NCBI GenBank assembly: GCA_963801815.1
Contig: CAWDGJ010000001.1
Coordinates: forward strand, 160,001-224,000
DNA length: 64,000 bases
Direction of reading: 5' to 3'
DNA from: an uncultured Verrucomicrobiae bacterium
Lineage (GTDB): Bacteria; Verrucomicrobiota; Verrucomicrobiia; Chthoniobacterales; UBA10450
Part shown: positions 60,741-64,000 of the stretch, in pieces
Position numbering within the stretch: the stretch's first letter is position 1
Layout of the letters: every line of letters starts with the position of its first letter
Notes under the pieces: model-generated
The model's input: only the letters and a program-made list of their open reading frames with translations
Told to the model about the DNA's origin: nothing
Databases searched by the model: none
Made by a program: the position numbers and the translations under genes

Positions 60741-61727
60741 CTATGGGACGGGAAGGCCTGCAAAAATTCGCTCGATGATTGTTTCGCTGGTGACCGCTTC
60801 AGCTTCCGCTTCGTAACTAACAATGATCCGGTGGCGCAGAACGTCCGGGCCGATGCTTTTCACGTCCTGCGGCGTAACGTAACCCCGACCGCTGAGGAAC
60901 GCATGGGCGCGCGCACCCAGCGCGAGATAAATCGTGGCGCGTGGTGACGCGCCGTAGCGAATCAAACCTTCCAGCGGGAGAGTGTAAGCCGCCGGCTCGC
61001 GCGTGGCCCAGACAACATCGACAATGTAGTCCTTCACGCGGTCGTCGATGTAAATTTGGTTCACCACATCGCGCGCGGCGATAATCTGTTTCGGATCAAC
61101 AACTCCCTGAACGCGCAAGTCCGGCGCCGAGGTCGCCATCAAATCCAAAATCATGCGCTCTTCGGATTTTTGCGGATAACCGACGTTCAATTTAAACATG
61201 AACCGATCGAGCTGCGCTTCCGGGAGTTGATAGGTGCCTTCCTGCTCGATCGGATTTTGCGTGGCCAGCACGAGAAACGGATCGGAGAGGGGATACGTTT
61301 GCTCGCCGATTGTAACCTGACGTTCCTGCATCGCTTCGAGCAACGCGCTTTGCACCTTTGCCGGTGCGCGGTTGATTTCGTCCGCGAGAATCAGGTTCGA
61401 AAAAATCGGACCAAGCTTTGTGGAAAACTCGCCGGTACGCGGATTGTAAATGAGAGTACCGATCAAGTCGGCGGGCAAAAGGTCGGGAGTAAATTGCAAT
61501 CTCTGGAAACCAGTCTGGATCGCAGACGCCATCGTTTTGACAGTGAGCGTCTTGGCCAAACCGGGAACGCCTTCGAGCAAAATGTGGCCATTGGCGAGAA
61601 GGCCGAGCAAAAGCCGGTCGACCAGATATTTTTGACCGACCACCACGCGCGAAACTTGTTCGCGAAGGGCCGGGACCCAGTGGCCAAGCTCCTGGACCTC
61701 ATGAGTAATTTCCTGCGTAGATTTCAT
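60741..61727 (-). CDS. moxR: MoxR family AAA+ ATPase
   Basis: EGVPGLAKT, RLQFTPDLLPAD, DEINRAPAKVQSALLEAM and EAQLDRF. Confidence 0.95.
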   Translation of the reverse strand: MKSTQEITHEVQELGHWVPALREQVSRVVVGQKYLVDRLLLGLLANGHILLEGVPGLAKTLTVKTMASAIQTGFQRLQFTPDLLPADLIGTLIYNPRTGEFSTKLGPIFSNLILADEINRAPAKVQSALLEAMQERQVTIGEQTYPLSDPFLVLATQNPIEQEGTYQLPEAQLDRFMFKLNVGYPQKSEERMILDLMATSAPDLRVQGVVDPKQIIAARDVVNQIYIDDRVKDYIVDVVWATREPAAYTLPLEGLIRYGASPRATIYLALGARAHAFLSGRGYVTPQDVKSIGPDVLRHRIIVSYEAEAEAVTSETIIERIFAGLPVP

Positions 61728-61806
61728 GTATTTTTGTAGACAACTTCAGACAAACGCGGGCGCGAAATGTTCGATTCGCGCCCAAGCCGCTGCAGCCCGT
61801 GGCTGG

Positions 61807-63209
61807 CTACAATTTTTGACTGCGCGGGCGTAAAGTCAAAAGGATCGGCAGGCCGGGGTAGGGCGCGTAATCGCGGATCCGTGCCTCGAGATAACGGCCG
61901 TAAGTGCGCGCAAGTAAGCGCGGATCGTTGACGAACAACACGAACTCCGGCGGTTGAAGCCGCTGGGAGTTTTTCGAACCGCCTGGACTGCGTAGCATAA
62001 AACAATTTCAACCGCTTGCCTTTGACCATTGGCGGCGGGTTCGAAGCAAACGCCGCGCGCATTAACCGATTCAAAACTCCAGTCCCGATGCGCGTTCGAT
62101 GAAGCAATTTCGATCTTGTCCACCATTCCGAACAAGCGCGCGACGTTTTCACCGGTTCGCGCGGACGCGATCACCACCGGCGCGTAATCGAGAAAGAAAA
62201 TCCTTTCGCGCGCTTCATCGGCGAGGTCGCGGATAGTTTTGGCGCCGCCGCGTTTTGGTTTCACCAAGTCCCACTTGTTAAGGACAACGATCGCCGCTTT
62301 GCCTGCTTCCTGGATTAGACCGGCGATCCGTTTATCCTGCGCGGTGATGCCGCTGATCAGATCGATGATCAGCACGCAAAGGTCTGCGCGTTGAATGCTG
62401 CGTTGAGCCCGCATAACGCTGAAAACTTCCACCGAGCTCGAAACTTTTCCGCGACGGCGAATTCCCGCGGTGTCGATGAAACGAAATTGCCGGCCGCCGC
62501 GCTCATAGGCGATGTCAACGGAATCCCGTGTCGTCCCGGGCAATTCGCTTACGATCGCGCGCTCACTCTGGACGATGGCATTGATGAGCGAGGACTTCCC
62601 AACGTTCGGCCGACCGACAATCGCAAGGGCGATCGGAGGTTTGGTCCGAGTCGGACTGGCAGGTAAGGTTTGATCTTCGATTTGTTCGGCCGTCGCGGCC
62701 TCGGGCAAAAGTCGCTCGATTTGATCGAGCAAGTCAGCAATCCCGCGGTTATGCTCGGCGCTGACGGAAACATTGTGGTCGAACCCTAACGAGTCGAAGT
62801 CCGCAGCGAGCGCTTCGTGCTTTTCGTTATCGATTTTGTTAGCGACGAGCACAATCGGGCGCCGGGATTTGCGCAACAGCCGCGCGAGATCTTGATCGAC
62901 TGGCGTCAGCCCATCGCGCGCGTCGACTATGAACAGCACCAAATCACATTCGCGGAGCGCCTGCTCGACCGCGCTGCGTACTTGAGCGGTCAGTTCTCGT
63001 TCGCCGGTGCCTAGAATTCCGCCTGTATCCCAAAGCACGAACGGCTTCGCGCCGCGCTCGCAGATTGCTGAGATCCGGTCGCGGGTGATTCCCGGCTGAT
63101 CGTGGACGATGGCGATCTTGCGGCCGACCAAGCGATTGAAGAGCGCAGACTTTCCGACATTGGGCCGGCCAATAATTGCGACGCTGGGGTGTTTGGCCTG
63201 TCCGTTCAT
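61807..63209 (-). CDS. der: Ribosome biogenesis GTPase Der (frameshifts in the C-terminal domain)
   Basis: Two GRPNVGKS P-loops, DTGG/DTAG and NKID/NKWD; the KH-like tail (LKLFYATQ, PPEFVLFVN) is in shifted frames. Confidence 0.93.
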
Positions 63210-63380
63210 CGCGCAAACTACATGTGAATCGTTCTTCGTGAATCGTGAATCGAGCGAGCGGGGCGAGCGAGATGTCCGGAGACGCCGCGAGGGTAGCGGT
63301 CGAAGTCGTGGGAACGACTGAGAAACAATCGTCAGCCCGATGTGACGATTTAACGTTTCAACGCTTCAACGATGACCGAT

Positions 63381-63990
63381 CTAATCGGCTCGCGCGTGCG
63401 CGTGTCCCTCGGCTTGCAGCTGCCGCACGCCTTGCATCACATAAATGATGCCGGACACGAGAGTGAAGATTCCGGCGACAATGACGACAAAGGTGAGTGG
63501 AAGGAAACGCAGCTGCAACATGACCCACGCAATCGCGCACATTTGGCAGACAGTGGCGGTTTTTCCGGTCCAGCTCGGTTTTACTTTCATTTTATTTCCA
63601 ATGAAAAAATGCAGAATCAGAGCACCGACGAGAATTACGGCATCACGCGTGATCACGAGCACGGGAAACCAGATCGGAAATTTTCCGTAATCAGGATCGC
63701 TCTCACTCCAGTTGCTGATGCTGAGCGTAATGATTCCGCTTAAAAGCAGACCCTTTGTCGGCGATCGGATCGAGGATTACGCCTAACGAACTCCGTTGCT
63801 TGTAATGGCGCGCGACGTAGCCGTCCAATCCGTCACTCGCTGCCGCTACCATAAAGATAAGGATGGCGGTGAAACGCATCCATTCCTGCGGTGCATGATT
63901 TTGAATACTTTGGCCGTAGTAAATCGCCATGGTGACGAACGCCGGAATCATCAAGATTCGCGCGACGGTGATCTTATTGGCAGTCGTCAT
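63381..63990 (-). CDS. CDP-alcohol phosphatidyltransferase (PgsA-like; frameshift near 63750)
   Basis: ANKITVAR, DGLDGYVAR....S.LG..LDPIADK, RD and GK.AT..Q. Confidence 0.88.
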
Positions 63991-64000
63991 CGCATTTATT

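Noticed and set aside
61735..61812. Another GTAG REP doublet (TTGTAG...CTACAA) between der and moxR
   Set aside because: The termini match and there is an internal hairpin, but the arm hairpins are too degenerate to call confidently.

Overview
This is a GC-rich bacterial chromosomal segment; I infer a soil Verrucomicrobiota (Chthoniobacterales-like) origin from gene style alone, so this is unverified. Most of it is housekeeping and envelope genes: rtcB, sufS/sufU, a LolC/E permease, the LigD polymerase domain, lpxK, thrB, acs, mnmA, ruvA, glyQS, murI, valS, cstA, pilMNOP-like genes, a moxR-DUF58-bat operon, der and a pgsA-like gene. At least 12 genes, several normally essential, are split by single-base indels, which most likely reflects long-read consensus error. 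The non-routine features are: (1) an integrase-less integron cassette cluster (CALIN-like, ~28.8-30.5 kb) with two complete attC sites, one truncated attC and perfect core/inverse-core matches; (2) a RAYT transposase framed by a perfect 26-bp GTAG-REP inverted repeat, with many diverse REP/REPIN-like palindromes across the window; (3) several of these repeats lying inside reading frames, including a 90-bp element in an ATP-grasp-like gene and one that supplies the signal-peptide n-region of a Bat-operon protein; (4) a tRNA hotspot with tRNA-Ser plus a 3'-end duplication, a hairpin-interrupted tRNA-Val relic, an intact tRNA-Val(CAC) and a GIY-YIG pseudogene; (5) three 21-bp palindromes at an exact 43-bp period; and (6) an RtcB plus 2H-phosphoesterase pair. 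No database searches were run, so product calls rest on motif recognition.
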